Of a stretch of DNA of 64,000 bases, positions 1 to 11,215 are shown piece after piece; the stretch's first letter is position 1, and each line of letters opens with the position of its first letter. Under the pieces are notes generated by a model, which saw only the letters and a program-made list of their open reading frames with translations, did not search any database and was not told the origin of the DNA. The position numbers and the translations under genes were made by a program. The DNA is from Marsupella aquatica (Eukaryota; Plantae; Marchantiophyta), in contig OZ316896.1 in assembly GCA_973895155.1 (NCBI GenBank), positions 7,759,278-7,823,277 on the forward strand, read 5' to 3'.

Positions 1-59
1 GGGCCCTGGCTTAGGGCCTTATGTCCACTCTTCTTTTGCTTGAAGATTTCATTGTAATC

Positions 60-560
60 TGGGAATCTGTTTGGCTGCTTCTAGATTGTGGACATAGATC
101 CAAATTCCACCGAAATCTGCAATTATGATTTCTTGGACATTCCAGACTCTTGGGCATTGTTGTTCTGCAATGTATTTGACCGAGAATGCAGCGGTGCCAT
201 TGGCAATCCCATTGGTGTAGGCAATGGTGGTTTGGAGGTGAAGTCAAATGCTTTGATCACTGAACCCTTGCCTTTGCATTCCAAGACCCATTTTTGAATC
301 CTCATTTTATGGCCAGGGATTCTGATTCCAGACTCCTTCAAGAGATCATCAATGTCTTCCTTGGTGCATTGGAAAATTGAACCATTGATATGCAATTATC
401 CAATATAATGTACAACCCAATTGACGTAAGGACTCCAATTTGGCGCCCACCTAGAGCCCAAGGTATATGCTTAATGGGCCCCAAAACAATATTTTCTTGC
501 TTGATCAACCCTCAAAGTCCATTTGGTACTCAATCAGCCCCCTTTGGCAGCTTCTTAATT
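60..560 (-). pseudogene. Degenerate ORF with SAM-domain-like motif, probably an accessory gene of a Mutator-like element
   Basis: ORF 123..395 reads TKEDIDDLLKESGIRIPGHKMRIQKWV, resembling the SAM consensus L..LGI...GH..KI. The upstream frame is broken by stops. It lies downstream of the MULE transposase fragment and a palindrome at 775. Confidence 0.4.
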
Positions 561-774
561 ACTGATAGTTCTTGCAAGGAGCCCCACCTCCGTGATAGGA
601 AACAGGAAACAATAATTAATGATCATAACAGGAAAAAGAGTGCAATAAAACAGGAGATTACCTACTATCATCGAAAAAACACGACATAATTTTGGACAAC
701 AAAGGAGACCAAGTTCAATCGGAACTCCAATATTTTTAGGGCTGAATACAACAATTATCAAAAGACCCTTTTAC

Positions 775-789
775 TAGCGCCGAGCGCTA
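775..789. repeat. Dispersed 15-bp palindrome TAGCGC-N3-GCGCTA (first of ten copies)
   Basis: tagcgccgagcgcta. Further copies start at 15659, 15970, 16818, 18407, 19597, 19703, 19804, 19908 and 40002. Confidence 0.85.
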
Positions 790-929
790 CCCAAATACTT
801 GTTACCGTTAAAAACAACATTCCAAAAATGCCCGTTCAACGTCTAGTAGAGTGCTAAGAATTCCTATAAACCATGCGAATTCCTCCTTCCTATGATGTAC
901 TAGAGTTCTCCAACAGTCAAAATTGGTTG

Positions 930-1892
930 GCTTGGTAAGACCAAATTCAACGGATCAAGCTTGAAGATCGTTTTGTAAACCTAGTACAAATGTTTACAAG
1001 GCATGAAAGGTCTTCCTCAAGAATGCCGGCGAAAGAAGTCCTCACAAGAGCAACAGGGGAATATGCAAATCTACACCCAATAAGTGTTTGCCGTCCTTAG
1101 ATGAGCATGTGTTTGGATGAGTAATCATTTCCCATAAGAGTTCCCCAAGGAAACATCCAATTCTGTGATAAGAGTCATCGTTTCCTTCGCAGCAAATTCG
1201 ATCCTTCTATGGTATTCCTGAGTAAGATTTGATCTGGGGTTCATTGGGCGCCCATTCCTAGTTCGAACACGGATGTTGATTTGTGCCATATTGATCTTCT
1301 CAGGAAAAACATCAATATTGATTTTCAAGTCAAAAGGCGTAGGGTTGGCAGGCATGCTTTGGTGGTGTTGTGTGGAGATTGCAACACCCTGTTCTTCCAG
1401 GAAACGTAACTCCAAGTTCGACAAATATGTTCCTTTTAGTACTGGCAAGGACAATAGATAAGGAGGCAGGTTAGCGATGCCTCAACGTGGGCGGGTCTTC
1501 CAACAATTGCCACTGGGGCAAAACCACACAAACTCGGCATGAGGTTCACCTCTGAACAGGCGATGTCCCTTCACAACAATTCCGATCACACCAGCATTGA
1601 AAGGATATCCAACCTTCTTAATCCAATTTCGACACTCATCACAATCGCATCTCCCGGACAGTATCCCGTTACATTGAGGACCAGGCCCAAGTCTTGAAAT
1701 TTGATGAAGATGCCAAGACTCGGGTTCAACGGTCATCTCCAAAAGCGACGGGTCTGGGAGGACTAGAGTTTGGTCCAAAGAGACTTTGAGTAATGTGGAA
1801 GATGTTGCATGTTGACCAAAAGGTGGTGTGTCCTGCATGGCTCGATATAGGTTTATGTAAGAAACTTGTAATTTTTTTTGCTTTTTGAACAA
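930..1892 (-). pseudogene. C-terminal part of a Mutator-like (MULE) transposase with SWIM zinc finger
   Basis: ORFs 1482..1892 (SWHLHQI..PQC..FVWFCP..CW) and 1125..1454 (PVLKGTYLSNLE). The minus strand then reads CCSCEDFFRRHS*GRPFMPCKHLY at about 984-1056, a CxC...CKH SWIM motif. Several stops. Confidence 0.6.
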
Positions 1893-2328
1893 GGAATAGT
1901 AAGAAAGATGTTTTAGTGTACCAAAGTATTTAGGGTTTGCAACCCTAAGTAACTAGGGAAGGCTAGTAGGAAATAATTTAAGGTAGAAGATATGATGTTG
2001 CAAGAAAGTGTCAAGGGATAACTAAGGTCTTTATGGTAGGGCCGCAAATGTTCCATCCTTAGTTAGAATAGACGACTAAATTGGGCCAGAAAATGATCCG
2101 TCACTTGAAGTTTTAGTTTTGGTTAAAGATTTTTCCTATAGGTGCTAGGAGGTCCTTAGAGCACCCCTGTGAAGTATGACGTTGTCGTGGGGATTCTTTT
2201 TAGAAGGCTAGAATCCATATTGTGTTATTTGAGTTTATGTGAAGAGAGTTTTACTTAAAAGCTTCATAGTAGTACTATTAGAGCATATATGTTATATTCT
2301 ATATGTAGTGTGTACATTCTACAATGGT

Positions 2329-2440
2329 ACACAGTAGTTCCACCATTTACGCATAGTAGTTGCACCAATTACGCATAGTAGTTCCACCAATTACGCGTAA
2401 TAATTCCACCAACTACGCACAGTAGTTCCACCAACTATGA
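2329..2440 (+). repeat. 22-bp tandem array (TACGCATAGTAGTTCCACCAAY), about 5 units
   Basis: Directly visible; the 3' LTR has a longer version. Confidence 0.85.
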
Positions 2441-2743
2441 ATAGTACTAGCACACTTATAGGTGCTTGATGCTTGCCACTTGGCTTCCATCCAAGGGTCA
2501 AGGCATCGATCCATGCCCTCTTGGAAAACACAAAGGGGCACTATAAATAAAGTGAAGAGGAGCACACTCTCCGCATTCGCATTGTTTGATCTATCGTGTT
2601 GGACTCACAACACTGTAAGGAACTCTTCCCCTCTTGTGCACATGTCTTGTTTATTATTTACCTCCATGCTTGGGTACTAACTTGATTGTTAGCCTTAGAA
2701 CTATTTTATGTTTTATGTTTATTAGTCTTGAGATCAATTTAGT

Positions 2744-3232
2744 GTGCTTGTAATGAATAATATGATAAATGGAGTACCTAGAGTTTATCCCCCACCTGCT
2801 ATGCCATTTGTGAATCCTTTCTTAATTAGAATTCATTGTCTTAGCAAGCATACCATGAGAATGCATCTTCTTTATCATTTTGGATTTGAGTTAATGGAAA
2901 CAGTTATGAATAGCGATGCACCATTTGTATACCCGATTGTTGTTTATGGAAATGAATGGAATGTAACTATTTTTATTTTATATTAGATGGATTTTAATAG
3001 AAAATCCATAAATGTACCGGAGTTAGATTTGAATAGGCTTCCTAATAATGTGTATGATTTTCCTTCATCTATTGACATTAGAGTGGTATGCCGAAAGAAG
3101 GTTGATTGTAGAGATGTTTTAGTTAGAAAGTATGGAGATGAAAGATACAATGTTATGCTTAGGATGCCAGAGCCTGTGATTATATCATCTATGGTAAATC
3201 TTAAGATCATAGTCTTTGTTTTCTATAATTGA
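2744..3232 (+). CDS. Two adjacent in-frame ~80-aa ORFs inside the LTR, unknown function
   Basis: ORFs 2744..2986 and 2987..3232 are open in AT-rich DNA, are preserved in the 3' LTR, and resemble each other. Confidence 0.4.
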
Positions 3233-3528
3233 CTTGTCTAATTATAGGATTCGTTGGAAATTGCAATCTATGACTTGACTTGGGAAGTAAGTTATGTGGA
3301 AAGAAGATAGGCCGATTCGAGGCTTAGTGTGAGGAAGCCGCTCATCGTAGAGTGGGACAAAGGCTGTGAGAGATATTTTAGAGGATAATGGTGAGAGAAA
3401 TTGATCGACAAAGGGGATCGCAAGGGTAATGTGAGGTGAGAAAAGACGTATTTTGGAAAGGTTTCTTCCAAGATAGGAAAAACAAGAGCTCGGTGCTTCC
3501 CAAGAACTAAAGACTCCCCCGACATAAG

Positions 3529-3546
3529 TGGCGACCATACTGGGGA
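3529..3546 (+). other. Primer binding site
   Basis: TGGCGACCATACTGGGGA, 4 nt after the 5' LTR end; begins TGG, the complement of tRNA CCA. Confidence 0.8.
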
Positions 3547-3691
3547 ACTCTTGGGGCCTATTTTTGGAAGAAAAAAGGAAGTATTGCATTACTAGAAGAG
3601 GCTAACTTGCTTTACTAGACAATTGGTCTAGGGACACCTAGGTGGTGGACGCCTATTCATTGCGAGAGAGTAAACAAGTTGATATATAGCA

Positions 3692-5926
3692 ATGCCTAAC
3701 AGTACTGACATGGGAGACTCAAGTATGTCCCCCAACACTATGGACATGGATACCATGTCTAGAATGTTGTTAACTTTGATGCAGAGTATGAAACAAACCG
3801 ATACAACAGAAAATCAAAAGAGAGAGCAAGCACATTGTGCAACAAGGTGCTTGAGGAAGGTTCTTGAGAAGAATGGGCAATTTGATGGTCGTAATGTAAC
3901 TCGTTACATGAAGACCTATTGGCAAGAGGCTACTATTGAGCAACTTTCAGAAGAGGTTGCAATTCGTCAATTTTCAACATTGGTGGAGCCAGAATTAAAA
4001 GGGATCGTTGATGCTATAGTTCTTGAGGCATCAAAAGACAAGACATGGAGGTGTTTTGAGAAATGCATGAAGGAGGAATTCCAATTGGAGGATGCTGATC
4101 AAATTACACAAGTGACATTTTGTGATTGGGTCCATGAGAGGAACAAGAAATTGGGGCCACAAGAACTATTGCGAGAGTTCAACAAGAAGTTCAATCAACT
4201 TCCAGATTCAGAGGCACAAGTCATCCGGATGCAGAGGTGTACTCTATTTCTTAGAGCTGCAGATGAGAAGCTAAGGGATGAGTTGGAGAATGCTTTGGAT
4301 CTAATTGATCCAGATCGTACTGACTCTTCTACAAATTGGGAGAACATTGAGAAGGCAGTGATGAAGGTAAGTCATCGACATAGAAGAAGAGACTTGGATC
4401 AAGAGGCTATCAGTGGAGTTCCAAGTCAAACCAAGATATCAATCACTACAAGGATGGATAATACTACTAGTGGGGGTGAGAAGAAGGAGATCAAGTCCAC
4501 AGCACAAGAAGGCAAAGGAGGAGCAGTTGAAGAGCTTGCTGATTTGATGAGGAACTTGACCATTCTTACAACCCAAGTTCTAAACCAGACGCAAGCAACC
4601 AAGACTACAACAACAACAAATCGCACATGGAATTGCATGTGGTGTGACAGCAAGGAGCATAGAAGAAATGATTGCACTGAACTTTCTGCAGCACTTCGAA
4701 ATTGACTTGTGAAGTTTGTTGGTGAGCAAGGACAAAAGAAGCTTGCATACTACAACACTGAGGAACTTATACCACTCAACAATAATCGTGGAGGGATGAG
4801 AGCCTTAGTGGAGAAAAAGTTGGCAATAGAAGGAGTAGACACAGCAACAACTGTAATCGAGCCTAACGTTTTTGCTGCAACAAGTTGTTTTTCAGAAAAG
4901 GTACTTGATGAGACAGGAAAGAAAAAGCTTGCTGACTACATTCGTCAACAAACTGGATGGGATGCTCCTGTGTTAATAGCCCCAATTACTGCAGAAGTTG
5001 GAGCTACATGGGAAGCAAGAGTGGAGGACAAGCGCAAAACTCCTTCAAGTGATGAGCCAAGAGGAAAGATGCCAAGAAGAGAAATTTCAGATTCACCAAT
5101 GGAGGAAGAGAAGAAGAATGAGAAGTCAACCAAAAAGGGACCTGGGTGGATACTAGGCCATGATGTGGAACAAACAATTGAACCAGAGAGAATTGCTGAT
5201 AAGTTTTGGAAGCAAGAAGCCCGTGGTTTTACAAATGAGGAGTTCTTTGGGAGTTTGAGGAAAGACATACAAGAAGCAATTCTTACAAGATCAAAGAAGA
5301 AACGTTTTTACAAAGAGGGTCCTCATGCTCTAGCTGGGGAGATGGAGGATTCAGACAATGAAGGAGAAACTAAGAGCGTGAGCATTTGTGCAGTACAAGT
5401 TGAAGACAACAAAGTTGAGGTAGATTCCTATCATGCTAAATCTATAAAAGAAATGGAGTCATATTGGGCAAGAGCTTGTGATGAAGTTGAGGTGGAGCTG
5501 ATTGGAGTCAAAGGTCCTATCAAGGCACTTATTGATTCAGGATCAGAGGTGAATCTAATGTCAAGGGAGCTCTACAACCAAGGAAGGTGGAAGGTAGACA
5601 TCCAATGGAAAGTGAAATCAGTGAATGCAAATCACAATTCTTTATGGGGAGCTTGTCCTGATGTGAAGCTTAAGGTAGGAAATGTGCTTGAAGACATCAA
5701 TGTCTTTGTTCATGATTCCTTACCTTATCCACTTCTTCTAGGACAACCTTTCATTACAGAATGGAGACTAGAGACTAAGGTTCTTGATGATGGCACTCAT
5801 ATGGCCAAAGTCAAGAGTAAGGATAATCTTCGTGTTATCCAATTTCCAACAGTTCGCCCGGATCATGTGAGAAATAGGAAGGAGCTGAGAGCAAGTGAAG
5901 AGATGAAGGACCAAGAAAATTTCTGA
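3692..5926 (+). CDS. gag: Gag-aspartic protease with one in-frame TGA at 4703-4705
   Basis: ORFs 3692..4705 and 4709..5926 share a frame. CMWCDSKEHRRNDC zinc knuckle; ALIDSGSEVN and LLGQPF protease motifs. Confidence 0.9.
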
Positions 5927-5939
5927 TTGCATCCCGTTA

Positions 5940-8900
5940 ATGAGGGTGAGTAGGCAGGATGCCAATGTGAGTGACTCACCAAACATAAGATTTTCCTCGT
6001 CTTCGTTTGTAGCTATAGGGAGAGATAGAGAGGTTTCATATATGCAAGTTAGAGAGGCATCAAGAAAATTGAAAAAGAGAATTGAAAGAAGTAAGGCTAT
6101 GTTAGTTAGTCAAGGTGTTATGGATTTAAGTGATAACATAGAGGGTGTGCTAGATGAACAAGGTTGTTGTCCCACTTTGCAGCAAGTTATAGTAGATTTG
6201 AATGATGGAAAGGGTGAGATAAAAGTAGGCCCATTGCTATATCAGCATATAGAAGAGTTGGTTGAGGTGAACACAAAGTACAAGACAATAGATAAGAAGG
6301 TTAGACCAGCAGCCACACCTCTACCAGCTGATGCAAGAGATATTTTAAGAAGTGCTAGCAAGGAGCCTAGTTTGAGAGATAAAAGAAAAATTGGACATAC
6401 ATTCACAGAAGATACTTTGAACCAATTGAAAATTGGTGATGATGGACTACTTACCATGATCGAGAAGGAGGCATTCAAAAAGATGATCAAAGAGCATGGG
6501 AGGGCATTTTCCTTTTCTATGGAGGAGATAGGATGTGTGGATCCACAGAAGGTAACACCAATGGTTATTTTTACAGTTCCACACATACCATGGGATTTGA
6601 AGCCAATTTCAGTTCCAAGAGCACTAACACCAAAGTTGATAGCATTGTTGAAAGAGAAGTTAGATGCTAAGATACTTGAGAGATCAGATGCACCATACTC
6701 CAATCGATGGTTCACAGTGCAGAAGAAGAATGGGAAGCTACGTTTCATTCAAGACATGCAGCCACCAAACAAAGTCACAATTCGGAATGTTGGAGTTGGA
6801 CCTGTGGTAGACGAGTATGCTGAAGACTTTGTTGGGAGGGCCATCTATTCCATTGGAGACTTGTACTCAGGGTATGATCAATTCCAACTTTCTCAAAGTA
6901 GTAGGGATATCACCACCATGAGAACTCCACTTGGACTTTTGCGTATGTGCACCTTGCCACAAGGTGCTACTAATTCTGTTGCACATATGCAAAATGCTAT
7001 GAACAAGATTTTGGAGTCTTTCATTCCACAGAAAACTAGACCATTCCTTGATGATATGCCAATCAAAGGATGTTTGGAAGAACTCAAGGATGAGACACTT
7101 CGAAAGGATGGGATACGTCAATTTGTTTGGGAACACATGAAGGATGTAGGGGCTATACTAAAGAAGTTGATTGAGGTGGGAGTTACACTCTCAGGAGAAA
7201 AATCAGCATTTGGCTTAAGAGAAGTCAAAGTGGTTGGGCAGATGTGTGGGCCCTATGGAAGAAAGCCAAGTAAGGAGAAGGTGGAAGCAATCAGCCAAAT
7301 GGAGGATTGTCAAACAACTTCAGAGGTACGAAGGTTTCTAGGAGGTTGTATCTTCTACAGAATATGGATACCACATTTTTCACATGTTTCACATCCATTA
7401 TATGGCTTGCTTAAGAAGAATGTAAGATTTATATGGAAAAGTGAACATGTAGAAGCAATGCAGCACTTGAAAGAAGCTTTGTTAAGTCCACCTGTGCTTC
7501 GCCCATTGAAGTATGATGGTGTACATCCAATAGTTCTTACAATAGATGCGAGTCCATATGGAGCAGGATGGGCATTGGGACAAGATGATGATGATGGGCA
7601 TAGAACAGCTGCTCGTTTTGGAGCAAAGATCTTTAACGAAAGACAACAGAAGTATCCGCAGATAAAGAGAGAGCTTTGGGGAGCAAACTAGCACTTAGGC
7701 AAGAGAGAGATTACTTGATAGGAGCTAACATGATTCTAGAAACTGATTGCTTACCCTTACTTGGGATGATTATAAACTGTGATACTCCCGACATTGCTAT
7801 GCTTAGGTGGATAGCTTTTATCCGAATGTTTAATCCAGAACTGAAGCACATAACTGGAAAAGATAATCCAGTGGCTGATATGTTGTCAAGAGCTAGATAT
7901 AAATCAGGCAAGCATAGTATTGAGTGTTCACATGGTGAGATTGAGGGACAAATTAAGGAGTTGTTATTCTATGAAGATCTATATTCAGGAGAGTTGCTAG
8001 TTATAGGACGTTATTTGAGTACATTGGAGAGAGACACTAGATGGAGTGATGAAGAATTCAGCAAGATTCGAAAGAAGGCTTACAAGTTCTTGGTTCGAGA
8101 TGGATACTTATGGAGGCGTCCAAAGGCAAGGAGTCAAGTACCTCTGAGAGTGCTTGATACTGAGGGAGAGAAAGTTCAAGTATTACAAGAGGCACATGAT
8201 CTTGAAGCAGCAGGGCATCGTGGAGTTCAGGCTACATATGAAAAGTTAAGAAGATTCTACTGGTGGGCTGGAATGTACGTGGATGTTCGAGAATATGTTG
8301 GATCTTGTGAGATTTGCCAATACTACTCAAAGATTCAACATAGAGATGGCTTGAACCCTACACATCCTCTATCTTTACATTTTCAATGGGGTATAGATAT
8401 CGTTCATATGCCACCAGGGATTAGAGGTGCAAAATATTTAGTATTAGCTAGAGAAGACTTGTCTTCGTATGTGGAAGGGAGGGCATTATCTTCTAACAAG
8501 ACTGAAGCCGTATGCAGGTTTGTGTTAGAAGATATCATTGCTAGACATGGATGTTTTAGGCGCATGAGAGCTGACCGTGGAGAGTTAGATAGCAAAGAGG
8601 CAAAGGCATTCTTCAAGAAATTTCATATCCGCTTAAAGCTAACTACATCTTACAATCCAGAAGCAAACGGCAAGAGTGAGAGAGGTCATCCACCAATTGT
8701 TAATGCCTTAGTCAAATCATGCAAGGGAAAGGCATCAAGATGGCCAGACTTACTACCTTTAGCTCTATTAGCAGATAGAATGACTTATAGTTCGGTGACA
8801 GGATATGCACCGGTAGAATTAGTGAGTGGGCATCTACCTTTAATGCCATTAGAGGAGAATGTTTTTAGTTGGAGGACAGTTGACTGGGAAGATCAGATAT

Positions 8901-9301
8901 CACATGAAGAGCTACTTGCAAGGAGGATGGAACATTTCCAAACAACTCCAGAAAAGATTGACATTGCAATGGAGAAAGTGAAGCAAGCACGAGAGAAGAA
9001 TAAGGTCAGATTTGATAAGACTCATCGATTGAGACCTATTCAAATCAAAGAAGGAGATTGGGTTCTTATTGCAGAAGGAGGGTTGGAGCAACAACATTTG
9101 ACAAAAGCTAAGTTTATGAGAAGATGGAGAGGGCCATTTGTGGTTGTTACTATTCACCCAAATGCAACATACACAGTTCGAGAGTTAGATGGAGCAATTC
9201 ATCAAGTTCCTTATGCAGGCAAGAGGGTTAAGCTTTTCAAACAACGTTTGAAATTTCATTTACAAGATGTGTATGATTTGAGTGATGTAGAGGACTTTTG
9301 A
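5940..9301 (+). CDS. pol: Pol (RT, RNase H, integrase), frameshifted near 7680
   Basis: RT motifs DLYSGYDQF, LPQGATNS, FLDD; RNase H IDASPYGAG and ETDC..NPVADMLSR; integrase H-H-C-C zinc finger, DIVHM, ADRGE, YNPEANGKSE and GPF module. Confidence 0.93.
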
Positions 9302-9345
9302 AGCTGGGTCATAAGGTTGGTGCAGACCGGAGGCTGCACAGGTTT

Positions 9346-9358
9346 AGTGGGGGTGATA
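9346..9358 (+). other. Polypurine tract
   Basis: AGTGGGGGTGATA directly before the 3' LTR TG at 9359. Confidence 0.75.
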
Positions 9359-9370
9359 TGTCGTGGGGAT

Positions 9371-10035
9371 CCCTGGGCCCCCAGCATTATTAATAATGGG
9401 CTGGATGTGCGAACGGATGAAGGGTGCAAAAAATCTTATTTGAGATTAATTTTTATAATTGGCTTAGAAATATCAAGGGATGGTTTTATTCAAAGAACCT
9501 TTTCTAACTAATATAGGCTTATATAAATGTCACCCAAGTTAATATGCTTCAAGAGGTGATGTAATATGGATGTGACACGCGTCACAATAAGATTGGTCCT
9601 TGTGGTCACCCTTTATTGGAACATGTGTATATGACATATAATTATGCTTGCAACATCTATGATTCAGAGTAGTTTAGGACTTTGGAGCTTTTGAGCCCTG
9701 ACTACCCTGCCATGTGGTTCAAAAATGCCCCAAAGTTGAAGTTTGGGGTTAAAGGGTCACAAACACAAAAATGTATGTACCCAAAACCCTTCTAAAACAC
9801 TCCCATCAGTTTTAGAACCGTTTGCACATGATAAATTTATAACTTTTCAAGGCTTTCATAAATGGTGTAAAATGTGAAATTATAATATCTCAAAGGGGCA
9901 GATTTATTCTCCAAAATTAAGTTTTTAAGAATAACAAGAGAAATTTTTATAGGCTTCCAAAAATAATAAGGGGTACTAGGGAGGGGGGTGTACGCACGTA
10001 TACCTCTTTAGTTTACAAAGGCTGGGGGCCTAGGG
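9371..10035. mobile_element. 665-bp non-autonomous TIR element (MITE) with 8-bp TSD
   Basis: TIRs CCCTGGGCCCCCAGC and GCTGGGGGCCTAGGG (14/15 match). TSD GTGGGGAT at 9363-9370 and 10036-10043. Absent from the 5' LTR. Confidence 0.9.
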
Positions 10036-10176
10036 GTGGGGATTCCTTTTAGAAGGCTAGAATCCATATTGTGTTATTTGAGTTTATGTGAAGAGAGTTT
10101 TACTTAAAAGCTTCATAGTAGTACTATTAGAGCATATATGTTACATTCTATATGTAGTGTGTACATTCTACAATGG

Positions 10177-10423
10177 TACACAGTAGTTCCACCATTTACG
10201 CATAGTAGTTTTACAAACTAGATGCATAGTAATTCCACCAACTACGCATAGTAGTTGCACCAATTATGCATAATAGTTTCACCAACTACGCATAGTAGTT
10301 GCACCAATTACGCATAGTAGTTTCATCAACTACGCATAGTAGTTGCACCAATTACGCATAGTAGTTCCACCAATTACGCGTAATAATTCTACCAACTACG
10401 CACAGTAGTTCCACCAACTATGA
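10177..10423 (+). repeat. 22-bp tandem array in the 3' LTR, about 10-11 units
   Basis: Same unit as 2329-2440 at roughly double the copy number. Confidence 0.85.
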
Positions 10424-10726
10424 ATAGTACTAGCACACTTATAGGTGCTTGATGCTTGCCACTTGGCTTCCATCCAAGGGTCAAGGCATCGATCCATGCC
10501 CTCTTGGAAAACACAAAGGGGCACTATAAATAAAGTGAAGAGGAGCACACTCTCCGCATTCGCATTGTTTGATCTATCGTGTTGGACTCGCAACACTGTA
10601 AGGAACTCTTCCCCTCTTGTGCACATGTCTTGTTTATTATTTACCTCCATGCTTGGGTACTAACTTGATTGTTAGCCTTAGAACTATTTTATGTTTTATG
10701 TTTATTAGTCTTGAGATCAATTTAGT

Positions 10727-11215
10727 GTGCTTGTAATGAATAATATGATAAATGGAGTACCTAGAGTTTATCCCCCACCTGCTGTGCCATTTGTGAATCC
10801 TTTCTTAATTAGAATTCATTGTCTTAGCAAGCATACCATGAGAATGCATCTTCTTTATCATTTTGGGTTTGAGTTAATGGAAACAGTTATGAATAGCGAT
10901 GCACTATTTGTATACCCGATTGTTGTTTATGGAAATGAATGGAATGTAACTATTTTTATTTTATATTAGATGGATTTTAATAGAAAATCCATAAATGTAC
11001 CGGAGTTAGATTTGAATAGGCTTCCTAATAATGTGTCAGATTTTCCTTCATCTATTGACATTAGAGTGGTATGCCGAAAGAAGGTTGATTGTAGAGATGT
11101 TTTAGTTAGAAAGTATGAAGATGAAAGATACAATGTTATGCTTAGGATGCCAGAGCCTATGATTATATCATCTATGGTAAATCTTAAGATCATAGTCTTT
11201 GTTTTCTATAATTGA
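10727..11215 (+). CDS. 3'-LTR copies of the two small LTR ORFs
   Basis: ORFs 10727..10969 and 10970..11215; a few substitutions relative to the 5' LTR, no new stops. Confidence 0.4.

Larger units (their letters stand above)
2183..3524 (+). repeat. 5' LTR of gypsy element 1
   Basis: Starts TGTCGTGGGG, ends CCCCGACA. Near-identical to 9359-11507 apart from the MITE and the tandem-array length. Confidence 0.95.

Noticed and set aside
10177-10423. CRISPR-like array (also 49286-49425)
   Set aside because: Head-to-tail repeats without unique spacers, no cas genes, and a eukaryotic LTR context.
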